Positions 27,198 through 37,163 are shown, counted from the first letter of the stretch. The stretch: 41,806 bases of DNA from Pseudomonadota bacterium (GCA_039796375.1 JBDKJZ010000001.1:1-41806), one strand, 5' to 3'. Program-made: numbers and translations. Notes: generated by a model from the sequence alone, not told the origin.

Positions 27198-29497
27198 AGG
27201 CCGTACACCGACAACGCTGCGCCAGTGGTCTCGTCGACCTCAGCGTTCTCGCGCTTGAACCCACCACCACCTTCGAGCTGGAAACTCCGAAGGGCGCTGC
27301 GCCAAAGCCAGTGAGCGGTCATTGGCTCAGCCAGGTACTGGTCTTGCTGGCACGCTGGATCCACCTCCATATTGCACAGCCTCGGCGTCTCTCCGAGCGC
27401 GCCGCGCAAGCGCCACTTACCCAGATGGTAGGCATAGCGATTCCCCTGCCGAGCGAGGCTCCCGAGGTTCTGGACGCCCGAGCCGCCTTGAAGCACATCG
27501 AACAGGTCCGGCCCCCCAACCTTGTCTGGCACGGGAATCCCGAGCGCCCGATAGAGCGTGTTCGCCAAGTGGGTGGGAGAAACGAAAGACGCGTTTCGAG
27601 TGCCGGCGCCGAGCCTGTTCGGAAAGCGCACAATCAGCGGAGGAGTCAGCCGGCTCGTCTGCAGCCTGCCGACCGGTGCAAAGGGAATGGCGGGTGGATT
27701 GACCATCCCGACGTCGCCCACATAAACGACCATGCTTTGTTCAAGCTGACCCGTCGCCTCAAGGAGTTTCAGTATCATCCCCAAGCCAACGTCATGCTTT
27801 CTGATCGCGGCGTCCTGAAGCGCGTCTAGCCGCACAATATCTTGGGGACTGAGCTTGCGCGCGGACCTAGCCGAGCGGTTCCGAAAGTCGCGAAGCACAC
27901 TCGCGGCGCGGCGCGGTTCGATCACCCCCTCATAGTCTTTCGGAGGCAGCAGCTGCGCTTCGTCGGAAGAAACGTCCCAGGGCGGGTGACCACCACGCAC
28001 GTGCATCACCACCAGTCGTCGGCGCTCGGGTGCCTGCTGTATGTCCGTCTCCAGCCAGCGCTTGGCTAGCAGGAACGGCTCAGTAGCGGGACGATTGGCG
28101 ACCGGGGAGATCTCAACGAAGTCGTGCCAACCTCGGTTAAAACCGAACGCCGCGGCCGTGTAAGGCACGTTGGTGAAGAACGCGTTCCGTCCGCCTTCCT
28201 TGCGCATAGCTTCGCTGAGCAACGGGACTCGCTCTGGCAAGCGCGCGCTGGCATCGAGCATTTGGGTCGCTCCAGGTGGGAACCCACTGAGCAACGATCC
28301 GACTACGGCACTGACTAACGTCGACGTGGTTCTATACCCCTCGAACACGACACCCTGATCAGCCAAGTCGAAGAGACTTCCCTTCCCTTGCCGATCGCTC
28401 CACGGCGGGATCAATCTTCGACTCAATCCACCCGCGATAACCACAACAACATTCCGTGCGAGATTCACCTGCGCCTCTGGCCGGGTCTTCACGAGCCGCG
28501 GTTCCGCGAAGACCACCCGACCTGCCGCTGTTGACTCCAGCGCCGCAAACTCAAGCCCGATGAGCTGGCCATCAAACGCGTCGAGCGCCAGGTCAAGCTC
28601 CAACCACTGAGCGGTGTCGTTACCGACTACTTTCCGCTCGGCCAACACTACTCGGCGACTGTCAGCTGTCACGGCAACGACTTGAGCAACCCCTTCGCCC
28701 ACACCCCAATAGCCCACATCGACAACGACGCGGGTACCCGTGGTGCTCAGCAGCGGACATCGCACAGAGCCGGGTGCGCGAATCGCCAGCCCCTCCCGCG
28801 GCACGTCACCGAGCACAACGTCTTGAAGGACGCTCTGCTTGACGGCGGGAGAATACGACTGAGGCCCGTTATCGGGAAGGAAGAGGCGGACCCAGTCAAG
28901 CAGCGCCACAGGGGTTGAGGCGACGCGGCTCCCGCCGATGAACCTCCAGACCAGCTCGTGCCGCCCAGCGGACAGCTCAAAGTCGAACGGACCGAATTGG
29001 TGGACCTTTGAGGTCTCCTTGGTTAGGCGTGCGGCACCCACGCGTCGACCGTCCACGAACAAGATCACTTGGGAGGCGGCCTCACCCTGGGCGCGAAAAC
29101 TGACGGAGACGCTGCGCGCCGGCGCATCCATCCAGAAATCGTAGACGAGTTTTCGAGTCCGGACGCGCCCACTGGACGAACCCGCGCGCAGGGTAGGCTC
29201 GACGTCAAGAGACGACCCGACGTGGAACGAGCGATGACTATCACCCCAGTCGGAACCCAGGTCGATTGAGAGTCCGCGGTGACGCAGCTCGCAAAACTGA
29301 ACGCTTTCCAGCAAGCTCACCTCGTCCCGCCGTTGCGGAGATGAAGGGGCCGCGGACGCCACGCCTGCGCCGGTGGTGCCAGGGCCGGTCTCCGCTACGG
29401 GCTGTGGCTTATCGCGACACGACGAAGCCGCAAGCAGCAACACCAACGAACAGAGCCAACCTAGGTCGAGCAGTCGGGGTCGTATCCAGCGAGGCAT
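27194..29497 (-). CDS. lipoprotein with N-terminal beta-rich region and C-terminal sulfatase/alkaline-phosphatase-fold domain lacking the catalytic motif
   Basis: MPRWIRPRLLDLGWLCSLVLLLAASSC (lipobox). NVVVVIAGGLSRR.. sits where sulfatases have ..DD.., and TTSTLVSAVVGSLLSG sits where C/S-x-P-x-R is expected. VVMHVRGGHPPWD and ..VYVGDVGM.. fit the fold. Confidence 0.7.
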   Translation of the reverse strand: MPRWIRPRLLDLGWLCSLVLLLAASSCRDKPQPVAETGPGTTGAGVASAAPSSPQRRDEVSLLESVQFCELRHRGLSIDLGSDWGDSHRSFHVGSSLDVEPTLRAGSSSGRVRTRKLVYDFWMDAPARSVSVSFRAQGEAASQVILFVDGRRVGAARLTKETSKVHQFGPFDFELSAGRHELVWRFIGGSRVASTPVALLDWVRLFLPDNGPQSYSPAVKQSVLQDVVLGDVPREGLAIRAPGSVRCPLLSTTGTRVVVDVGYWGVGEGVAQVVAVTADSRRVVLAERKVVGNDTAQWLELDLALDAFDGQLIGLEFAALESTAAGRVVFAEPRLVKTRPEAQVNLARNVVVVIAGGLSRRLIPPWSDRQGKGSLFDLADQGVVFEGYRTTSTLVSAVVGSLLSGFPPGATQMLDASARLPERVPLLSEAMRKEGGRNAFFTNVPYTAAAFGFNRGWHDFVEISPVANRPATEPFLLAKRWLETDIQQAPERRRLVVMHVRGGHPPWDVSSDEAQLLPPKDYEGVIEPRRAASVLRDFRNRSARSARKLSPQDIVRLDALQDAAIRKHDVGLGMILKLLEATGQLEQSMVVYVGDVGMVNPPAIPFAPVGRLQTSRLTPPLIVRFPNRLGAGTRNASFVSPTHLANTLYRALGIPVPDKVGGPDLFDVLQGGSGVQNLGSLARQGNRYAYHLGKWRLRGALGETPRLCNMEVDPACQQDQYLAEPMTAHWLWRSALRSFQLEGGGGFKRENAEVDETTGAALSVYGL

Positions 29498-29545
29498 TCA
29501 GGCCAAGTGGGTAGTCAACTTTGCCCGCTCATGCCACCCCGATTG

Positions 29546-32500
29546 TCAGCGCAAGGCCGCGGTCCCGGGGACACCGACGGCTTCGGTGCGCGTGCGTTTT
29601 CCTTCCACAACTGTCACCTCATGACGCTGGACGTGGCCATCCAGGCGAGTTTCGACGGCATGGGTTCCCACTGGAAGCGGCACGCGTCGAACCGGCCCGC
29701 GCCCCACAAACACGCCTTCAACGTAGATGCGGTGTTTGCCGCCCGTGTCAATTTCAAACAACCCTTTTCCAGGCCCGACTTCGATTCCAGCTGGCAGCTC
29801 AGCGTGCCGGCTCTGAAGACGTAACGAGGCGTCCGCTGCAGCGACAGGCTGCGCCGCACCGGGGGGAGCAAGCTCCGCGAGGCGCGACGCGTCATCGCGG
29901 TTCAGCGTCTCCCCATCCCCGCTAGGCGACTGCACCGCGTCGGATGCGGCATTCACTGCGGGCACGGCATTGACCGCAGGCAGCGCTGGCACGGGCGCCG
30001 CTGCTTCTGAATCTGGGCTGCGCGCCAGCACGCTCACCAACATGAACGCGCCACCTGCGGCACCCAGCCCGAGCACGAGGGGCGCGCCGAGTGATGCGAC
30101 GCGTGAAGCGCCGCTCTTGAGTGCGGGACCCACATTTCGCAGTGCGCTCGCGGCGACCTTGGCATGCGCGACCAGCGCGCTCTTCTCAACCGCGCCCGCT
30201 GGCGGCGCTGTCTTCAAGTCGGCGTCCCCGAGCGGCGGCAACGCCGTAGACTCGGGCGCCGGCTCACGCGGCGCGGCTGAGGTCTCCGCCTCGAGTCTCG
30301 CCGGCGATGGCTGCGCCGAGGCCGCGACTTCTTCGGCCCTGGCGACCACACCTGCTTGAACGAGCGGCGGCGTCTCCGAATCCGGATCGCGGGTGAGAAA
30401 TTCTCGGATACCGCGCGCTCGCGAACGGAATTGCTCCAACCACCGTCGCGTCGTCTGATCCACACCTTGGATTCCGCTGTCGACCACACCCGTGGGAGCA
30501 GCCTCGGCCACGACTGAGTCACCCTCCAGGATCAACGGGAGACTCAGTGCTCCTTGGGGAATTGGCTGCGCGAGAACCCAGGGCTGCGTTCGCGGGACCA
30601 CGGGCGTCCCCGTTCGAACCGACCGTTCCAGCACCGCTGAGTCAACGCCGACGTTGCGTGCCTCTTTCCGCAGCAGCGTCGCTGCCGCTTGCGCCGGACG
30701 ACGCCCGGCTGAGGGCGCCACAGGGGTTCTCGAAAGAGCCCCGAGTACCACGTCCGAAAACTCGAAAACCTCGGGGTAGGGAGTTTCGTGGTCGCCCTCC
30801 GGCTCCTCGCGGCCCCGGGCCATAGAGAGCTGCGAGGTTTGGAAGAGCGTCTTCGGAACGGGCGGCACAATGTCGCGATTCGGCAGCGGCACTGCACGCG
30901 GTGGTTTCTGGCTCTCCGCGATTCGGTCCTGCAACTGCTCTGCGAAGGCGACGGCCTTATCGACGTCTTCCGCCGTCGAGGAGGCGCCCACCATCGGCGC
31001 ACCCAGTGCGGGAAGGATAGCGTCGCCAACCGCTGGGGTGCGCACGTCGACATCAATCAGCTGGGCGAAGACACTCGCGACGTCCGCCTCAACTAGATCG
31101 TTACCGTGAGCGTCAAGGGCAGAACAAATCGCGCCCCGAGTCGCCAGGTCATGAAGCACGGACTCAAGTAGTCCAGCGCTAACGCTACGTAGTAGGCTCG
31201 CGGGCGCCAGGCCATCTTGCAATTTCTCGACTAAGCGAGAAACCACTGCAGGCGAGGTCGCTCGGTAAGCGGCGACGGCATCGCTGTCGAACCGGAGCCT
31301 GACGACCTCATAGAGCGCTGGCCCTTGAACGGCGCGTCCAGCAGCTCGGGCTCTGCGAATGTGGGGCGCGAGCACCACTGACAGGCTGCCGCAGAACTCA
31401 GCTTGCACGGTATCGTTGACCCGCGTCACCTCGAAGCGTCCAGCCCGCGCTCCAAGCAACCCTGGGAGCACGGGGTCCCCAATCTCGCGCACATTATCTC
31501 TGGAAACACGAGAGGCGCTGAGCAGCCGACCGTCCCCGACGTATAGCTCATAACTGAACGCCGCATCGTTGAAGGTCACGCGCGCTGTACCCCCCGCCTC
31601 GCAGGCGAGCTGCAACACCAAGCGCGGCGTGATTCCGTCCAACCGCCCGTGCACTGTCTCCTCCTGGCAGAGGCGAGTCTCAATGCGACTCCTGGAGCGC
31701 AGCGCTTCGGCGCACCTCTCCAAGATTTCTGGCGCGTCCGCCTCCTTCGCCAGATAACCGTCAGCGCCAACACCCAGCTCCCGAACACGCTGGAGCAGCT
31801 CAGCCTTGCACGACAGCAAGACCACTGGAACGTCGCAGAGCGCGACATCGCGCTTCAGGTTCCGGCATAACCCGAAACCGTCGAGCCCCGGCATCGTCAT
31901 ATCGCTAATGACCAAATCTGGGAGTTCGCGCTGCGCGATCTCCCACGCTTGAAGACCATCGCTCGCCTCAATCACAGTCGCCCCGGCGGAGCGCAGCACT
32001 GAGCTAAGAAACCAAGCGATCGCGGGGTCATCATCCACCACAAGAACCCGCCGTCGTCGAAGACTTGACGGGTCGCTGTTTCCCCGCGTTCCCCTGCCGC
32101 TCTTCTCGCCACCCACCAGGATCGCGCCATCCGGGCCAGCCGCGGAGTACGCAATTGAGCCGCCTGTCTGTTCGTGGACCAGACCGCGCACACGGGCGAC
32201 TGCCCCCCACAACGCCGACTTAACGTCCTGCGACGAATTCAAATGGAAACTCTGCGACGGATCTCCACGGCGCATATCCCCGATCAATCCTTGACGCAGG
32301 TCCTCAGCCATCTCGTCCACGAGGCTCTCGACCGAGTAGTCCTGCTGCGCCGGCGCTGGCGCTAGGCCGGGTGCGGCATCGACCGCCTCGACCGCCTTGA
32401 ACAGGACGTCCTCGTAGCGGGCGCCAGGCGCAAACACGAGCAGCGCGCCGTAGCTCGTCAGCTCGGCCTTGCGCGCCAGATCCGCCTCAACGACGACACA

Positions 32501-33085
32501 AACAGACAGCGGACTCAGCGCTTGAAGGGCGATGTTCAAGTCCACCCGCCGTCCATCCAGAAGCACGAGGTCGGGAACGTACTTATCAACCAGCGTAGCC
32601 GCGTCCTCGAGTTCAACCGTGAAGTGGAGCGAAAGCTGCGGAGCACCGCTGAACACGCGCTTCAGCTTGGCTTGACCTGCGACTAGCCCTAGCGCGATCA
32701 CCGTTACGGCCCGCATGGCACCCAGAGCAGACGAGTCTGGGGCGCACGCATCAGGGTCGTCCGGCACGAGCGAAGGGACGAGGGCGAGGGTCGCCCGAAG
32801 CTCGCTCAGGGCCTGAGCGCTGACGCCGTCACTGCTCTGCGCCAGAACCTCTTCAGCGCTGCCAAACGCGTTCGCCGCAGCGTCAAAACCTAGGACTCCC
32901 GCGGCCTCGCCGATTGCCTCCAGGCGCCTTCGGAGGGTGCTTCTTCGAACGACCGAATAGGGCTCGGTCTCGAGGCCAGCCAGAGCCTCTTGGAGTGCCG
33001 CGACGCGCCCCCCGAGTGCCGCAACGAACTGAGCCTGAGGAGATTGCCTCGACGGACTGGGTGAAATCTCGGCGGACTGGACCAT
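29546..33085 (-). CDS. large multidomain signalling protein: Hpt-like N-terminus, degenerate receiver, canonical receiver, DUF4388-like domain, Pro/Ala-rich linker, TM segment, C-terminal PEGA domain
   Basis: Canonical receiver RVLVVDDDPAIAWFL..PDLVISDMTMPGLDGFGLC..PVVLLSCKAE. DUF4388-like GRLDGITPRLVLQLACEAGGTARVTF. TM segment LVLGLGAAGGAFMLVSVLA. PEGA-like HRIYVEGVFVGRGPVRRVPLPVGTHAVETRLDGHVQRHEVTV. Confidence 0.8.
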   Translation of the reverse strand: MVQSAEISPSPSRQSPQAQFVAALGGRVAALQEALAGLETEPYSVVRRSTLRRRLEAIGEAAGVLGFDAAANAFGSAEEVLAQSSDGVSAQALSELRATLALVPSLVPDDPDACAPDSSALGAMRAVTVIALGLVAGQAKLKRVFSGAPQLSLHFTVELEDAATLVDKYVPDLVLLDGRRVDLNIALQALSPLSVCVVVEADLARKAELTSYGALLVFAPGARYEDVLFKAVEAVDAAPGLAPAPAQQDYSVESLVDEMAEDLRQGLIGDMRRGDPSQSFHLNSSQDVKSALWGAVARVRGLVHEQTGGSIAYSAAGPDGAILVGGEKSGRGTRGNSDPSSLRRRRVLVVDDDPAIAWFLSSVLRSAGATVIEASDGLQAWEIAQRELPDLVISDMTMPGLDGFGLCRNLKRDVALCDVPVVLLSCKAELLQRVRELGVGADGYLAKEADAPEILERCAEALRSRSRIETRLCQEETVHGRLDGITPRLVLQLACEAGGTARVTFNDAAFSYELYVGDGRLLSASRVSRDNVREIGDPVLPGLLGARAGRFEVTRVNDTVQAEFCGSLSVVLAPHIRRARAAGRAVQGPALYEVVRLRFDSDAVAAYRATSPAVVSRLVEKLQDGLAPASLLRSVSAGLLESVLHDLATRGAICSALDAHGNDLVEADVASVFAQLIDVDVRTPAVGDAILPALGAPMVGASSTAEDVDKAVAFAEQLQDRIAESQKPPRAVPLPNRDIVPPVPKTLFQTSQLSMARGREEPEGDHETPYPEVFEFSDVVLGALSRTPVAPSAGRRPAQAAATLLRKEARNVGVDSAVLERSVRTGTPVVPRTQPWVLAQPIPQGALSLPLILEGDSVVAEAAPTGVVDSGIQGVDQTTRRWLEQFRSRARGIREFLTRDPDSETPPLVQAGVVARAEEVAASAQPSPARLEAETSAAPREPAPESTALPPLGDADLKTAPPAGAVEKSALVAHAKVAASALRNVGPALKSGASRVASLGAPLVLGLGAAGGAFMLVSVLARSPDSEAAAPVPALPAVNAVPAVNAASDAVQSPSGDGETLNRDDASRLAELAPPGAAQPVAAADASLRLQSRHAELPAGIEVGPGKGLFEIDTGGKHRIYVEGVFVGRGPVRRVPLPVGTHAVETRLDGHVQRHEVTVVEGKRTRTEAVGVPGTAALR

Positions 33086-33141
33086 GCTCCGCCCCTATCA
33101 CATGGTCAGAGAATGGCTGAGTTTTCGGCCTCTTTTTGACT

Positions 33142-33951
33142 TCACCCTGGCGGCAGCTTCAGACTCCCGCCGAACACATGGCGCGCTGGGCCCTTCAGAG
33201 AGACACCCCAATCCGGCCGAACGACGATCTCCAAGCTCCCGCCGGGGAGCTGGATCTCTAGCGGTCGGTCATGCTGCGCGCGGCCCGCCAAGATCGCCGC
33301 AGCTGCCGTCGCCGCGGCGCCCGTGCCACAGGCGAGCGTCCGCCCAACGCCCCGCTCCCACACGATCACACGAAAAGTCCGCGCATCCACCTGGGTCACA
33401 AACTCGATATTCGCTCCGCCGGGAAGCATCGCGCTAATCTGCGGACCCAACTCATCAATCTGGGGGGCGGTGTGCTCGTGCCCGAAGAGCACTGCGTGCG
33501 GATTCCCCATTGAGATGCGACGCAGCATGAGCTGCTCGTCCCCGTTAGTGAAACGTAGCTCACCCAAGTCACGGGCCTGTCCCAAACCTATCTGAACCGC
33601 AGCCTCATCCGAATCTCCGGAAAAGTCGCACTGCAGCTCGCCCGCGCCAGTGGCGACGGTGAATGACGCCGAGCGCTCGCCGGCCTTGCGGGCCAGGTGC
33701 AGCGCCGCACAGCGCAGTCCGTTGCCGCACATCTCCGGCTCAGACCCATCGCTGTTGAGAACTGTCATGCGCGCCCGAGCCCGTCCAGCATTCGGGCCCG
33801 GCGGCGAAATCAGCAGTACCCCGTCGGCTCCTACGCCGAAGTGCCGATCGCACAGGAACTGAGCCCAGCGGGGCGAGAAGTCCGCGGCGCTGGCCACCTC
33901 GACCACCACAAAGTCGTTGCCCAAGCCCTGGTACTTTTCAAATTCGATCAT
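33142..33951 (-). CDS. dapF: diaminopimelate epimerase
   Basis: Refined start MIEFEKYQGLGNDFVVV. Catalytic Cys motifs EMCGNGLRC and LACGTGAAA. Confidence 0.95.
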   Translation of the reverse strand: MIEFEKYQGLGNDFVVVEVASAADFSPRWAQFLCDRHFGVGADGVLLISPPGPNAGRARARMTVLNSDGSEPEMCGNGLRCAALHLARKAGERSASFTVATGAGELQCDFSGDSDEAAVQIGLGQARDLGELRFTNGDEQLMLRRISMGNPHAVLFGHEHTAPQIDELGPQISAMLPGGANIEFVTQVDARTFRVIVWERGVGRTLACGTGAAATAAAAILAGRAQHDRPLEIQLPGGSLEIVVRPDWGVSLKGPARHVFGGSLKLPPG

Positions 33952-34068
33952 GGTGCGTGTCTCCCGGGCGGGCATAGCGCTCCAAACCCGTGTTGAACAC
34001 CCTGCTCGTTTGCCGGCAGCGTCACGCAGTTTTCTTTGCCCACCGCGAGGTGATATGAGCCCCGTAGA

Positions 34069-35655
34069 ATGCACGCCTACAGCACTCGTCCGCTAATCCT
34101 GAACGGCTTCATGGCCACCGGCAAGAGCACCGTAGGGCGCCTGGTCGCAGCGCGCCGCGGTGTTCCGTTCGTGGATCTCGACCTCGAGCTCGAGCAGCGC
34201 GCTGGGTTGAGCATTCCCGAATGGTTCGCCACCCATGGAGAAGCGCACTTCCGAGCGCTCGAAACCCAGGTATTGACTGAGCTCCTCTCCGAGGGGGGAG
34301 CGCGAGTGATCGCCGTGGGCGGAGGCGCATTACTCCGCAGAGAGACCCGCTTGCTCGCGCTGGACCGCGCCGTCGTCATCACTTTGAGCGCGGATCTTCA
34401 GACGCTGCTCGGTCGGGCCGCCGCCGACCCCACCCAGCGTCCGCTGTTTCGCGGGGGTCCGGACGCGATCGCACGGCTTCTCGAGACGCGCCTCGTGGCC
34501 TACGCGGAGGCGCATGCACAGCTCGATGTCAGCCAGGACTCACCGGCTGCAGTCGCCGAAGCCGCTGACGCCATTTGGACGAGAGATCCGATTGGGGTCG
34601 CTGCGGGCCTGGAGTCATACAGCGTCGAGATCGGAAATGAACTGCTCGCAACACGGTTGTCAGCGGAGCTCGTCGGGGCGTCCGCTGCCCTGATGATCAC
34701 GGACACCAACGTCGACCCGCTCTACGGCGCCGTCGTGCGGCGCGCTATGCAAGTCGCGGGACACACCCCCACCACGTTTCGGCTGACGCCGGGGGAAGAG
34801 CACAAGAACCCCGGCACTCTCGCTCAAATCTGGGAAGGCTGCCTAGCCGCAGGCCTGGATCGCAAGAGTCGCCTGGTGGGGCTCGGAGGAGGGGTCACCA
34901 CTGACGTCACTGGCTTCGCCGCTGCGACCTGGATGAGGGGGATTTCTTGGTACAGCTGTCCTACGACGCTCCTCGGTATGGTCGACGCTTCGGTGGGCGG
35001 GAAGACCGCCGTCGATCTCCCCGGCGCGAAGAACTGCGTCGGCGCGTTCTGGCAACCCACCGCTGTCTTCTGCGATATCTCGATGCTGCGAAGCGAGCCT
35101 GACCGCGGGTTTCGAAGCGCTCTGGCGGAGGTCGTGAAGACCGCGCTGATCGGCGACGCTCCGCTGTTCGAGCTGCTTGAGCGAGAAGCAGGCCGCGTGG
35201 GGGAACGCGACTCAGAAATGTCGCTTGAGCTGGTCCGGCGCTGCATCGCCGTCAAGGCGAGAGTCGTCTCAGAGGACGCGCGCGAAAGCGGGATTCGCGC
35301 GAGCCTGAACCTCGGGCACACGATTGGACACGCGCTTGAGGCCCACGGTGGGTACGGCGCTTTGACGCACGGCGAGGCGGTGAGCCTCGGCTTGGTCGCG
35401 GCGATGCGCGTTGGCGTTCGCCTCGGACACACCCCGCTGGAGCTCGAAGCCCGCGTGACCCGGCTGCTGAGTGCGCTCGGCCTCCCCACCGATCTCTCGA
35501 CGCAGCCGCTAGCGAGCGCTGCTGGCTTGCTCGCCAACGACAAGAAGCGAGGGGGGGCGCACGTGCAGTTCGTGCTGGCCACAGAACCCGGTCAGATCCG
35601 GTTCCAAAAACTGGCCCTCGATCAGCTTCAACAGATAACGTCCACCCTGGCCTAG
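34069..35655 (+). CDS. aroB: bifunctional shikimate kinase / 3-dehydroquinate synthase (AroK-AroB fusion)
   Basis: N-terminus LNGFMATGKSTVGR (P-loop) and GEAHFRALE are AroK-like. From about residue 180, GLGGGVTTDVTGFAAAT, DASVGGKTAVD, GAFWQP and NLGHTIGHALE are AroB motifs. Confidence 0.9.
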   Translation: MHAYSTRPLILNGFMATGKSTVGRLVAARRGVPFVDLDLELEQRAGLSIPEWFATHGEAHFRALETQVLTELLSEGGARVIAVGGGALLRRETRLLALDRAVVITLSADLQTLLGRAAADPTQRPLFRGGPDAIARLLETRLVAYAEAHAQLDVSQDSPAAVAEAADAIWTRDPIGVAAGLESYSVEIGNELLATRLSAELVGASAALMITDTNVDPLYGAVVRRAMQVAGHTPTTFRLTPGEEHKNPGTLAQIWEGCLAAGLDRKSRLVGLGGGVTTDVTGFAAATWMRGISWYSCPTTLLGMVDASVGGKTAVDLPGAKNCVGAFWQPTAVFCDISMLRSEPDRGFRSALAEVVKTALIGDAPLFELLEREAGRVGERDSEMSLELVRRCIAVKARVVSEDARESGIRASLNLGHTIGHALEAHGGYGALTHGEAVSLGLVAAMRVGVRLGHTPLELEARVTRLLSALGLPTDLSTQPLASAAGLLANDKKRGGAHVQFVLATEPGQIRFQKLALDQLQQITSTLA

Positions 35656-35781
35656 CGGGCGCCTGCCACGCGCTGAACCCACACTGCAGCAAAGAATCGC
35701 CCCAATTTTGGCGTTGTCAGGGCCGCCCGGCTACACTGCTCAGGTCGCGCCGTCCCGACCCCCGCAAGAGGTTTCGCTCGA

Positions 35782-36525
35782 ATGCAAATTATCGCCCCCG
35801 GTCACTTAGCTATCGCAAGCGTTCTGGCTCTCGCGACCTCTACCTGCGCGGACAACAACACCAGTATCTACGTTGAAGCGGTGCTGCTACTCAGCCCTCC
35901 AAGTTGTGAGGTGACAGCAGATCCGGGCTCGACCCAGCTTCTGCGGGGAACACTCGACGTGGCTTTCCTCCGATCCTACGAAGCCGCGCTACTGGTCGCC
36001 AATCAGCTGACGCCACGCGGTGATAAGGAGCAGCTCCGCGCCGAAACTCAAGGCATTCAGCTGCGAGGCGCCGAAGTCCAGCTGTCGACTGCTGACGGCG
36101 CCCTACTCGACGAGTTTAGCGTCCCGACCGGCGGCTTCGTCCACCCAAGCGACTCGCAAGCGCCCGGTTACGGGACAGCCCTGGTCACGGTCATCCCACC
36201 CGCTCGCGGCCAGGCTTTCTTCGAGGCGCTGTCGGCGGGCGCCCGAGGGGAAGTCCGAACGGTAGTCGCCTCTGTCAGAGTTTTTGGTGAAACATCTGGA
36301 GGGATAGAGGTCACCTCCGGTGCCTTCACTTTTCCGATCGATGTCTGCTTTGGTTGTTTGGTGGAGTTCCCTCTCGAGGCGATCGAAGACACTGGCAATG
36401 GTCGCGTCTGCTCGGGCGCTGCCGATGGCGTCACCACTTCGCAGTGCCTACGTGGGCAGGACCAAAAGATCGACTGCCGCACGTGCGCGTCCACCATGGC
36501 GCTCTGCGCTCAGTTAGACAATTGA
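35782..36525 (+). CDS. hypothetical lipoprotein with Cys-rich C-terminus
   Basis: MQIIAPGHLAIASVLALATSTC (lipobox). The C-terminal region has 8 Cys (CFGC..C..C..C..C..C). Confidence 0.6.
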   Translation: MQIIAPGHLAIASVLALATSTCADNNTSIYVEAVLLLSPPSCEVTADPGSTQLLRGTLDVAFLRSYEAALLVANQLTPRGDKEQLRAETQGIQLRGAEVQLSTADGALLDEFSVPTGGFVHPSDSQAPGYGTALVTVIPPARGQAFFEALSAGARGEVRTVVASVRVFGETSGGIEVTSGAFTFPIDVCFGCLVEFPLEAIEDTGNGRVCSGAADGVTTSQCLRGQDQKIDCRTCASTMALCAQLDN

Positions 36526-36559
36526 CTCGCGACTGACTCAAGCTGCGCGGCCCGAGAAC

Positions 36560-37114
36560 ATGCGACGGAAGATCGGGTTCGCGATCCTGGGGTTAGTTGG
36601 CGCGCTCGCATCGACCCACTCGGCCGTGGCGAAACCCCAAGCCTCCCTGGGCGTGACACCCGCGGTCTGCGCACTACGCTCCGAGACTCACGCGGAAGTT
36701 TGTTTCCACGGCAGCGTCAGAGCCGACACTCTATTTCTGAGAGAACGCGCGAGTGACCAGGGCGTGGGGCCGTTTTTGGAAGTGGGAACCGTCAACTTCA
36801 ATGACGCTCGCCTCGCGGCGGGTGGCAGTTGGCTGATCCCGATTGATCCGTTGCCGCTCGTCTTGAGCGCCTCCCCGATCATTCGCTTCTCGGCCCGTAC
36901 GTCCGCCGGCGCTAGTGCAAGGGCGTTCTGGGGGATCCGTGGGTTCAACTACTCGGGACACTACTCGGCTGCCGGCGGGCTCACTCTCGGCTTGGACTAT
37001 CTTGTGGGCTCAAAAAGTGAACTCACCTGGCACCTGGGGCTTCAGCTCGACGCGATGTGGCTGTCGCTGCCCGCGCTCCTGGTCGCAGGCTGGGCCCGTG
37101 GGCCGTCAGATTAG
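36560..37114 (+). CDS. hypothetical secreted protein
   Basis: Signal peptide MRRKIGFAILGLVGALASTHSAVA. No family recognised. Confidence 0.55.
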   Translation: MRRKIGFAILGLVGALASTHSAVAKPQASLGVTPAVCALRSETHAEVCFHGSVRADTLFLRERASDQGVGPFLEVGTVNFNDARLAAGGSWLIPIDPLPLVLSASPIIRFSARTSAGASARAFWGIRGFNYSGHYSAAGGLTLGLDYLVGSKSELTWHLGLQLDAMWLSLPALLVAGWARGPSD

Positions 37115-37163
37115 GCTGCGGGATCGTTGACCGACGGCGACCGCGGAGCCCTGGAGTGATATT

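Noticed and set aside
34824-35582. 252-aa minus-strand ORF
   Set aside because: It lies antisense to the AroB half of the aroKB fusion, and no motifs were seen.
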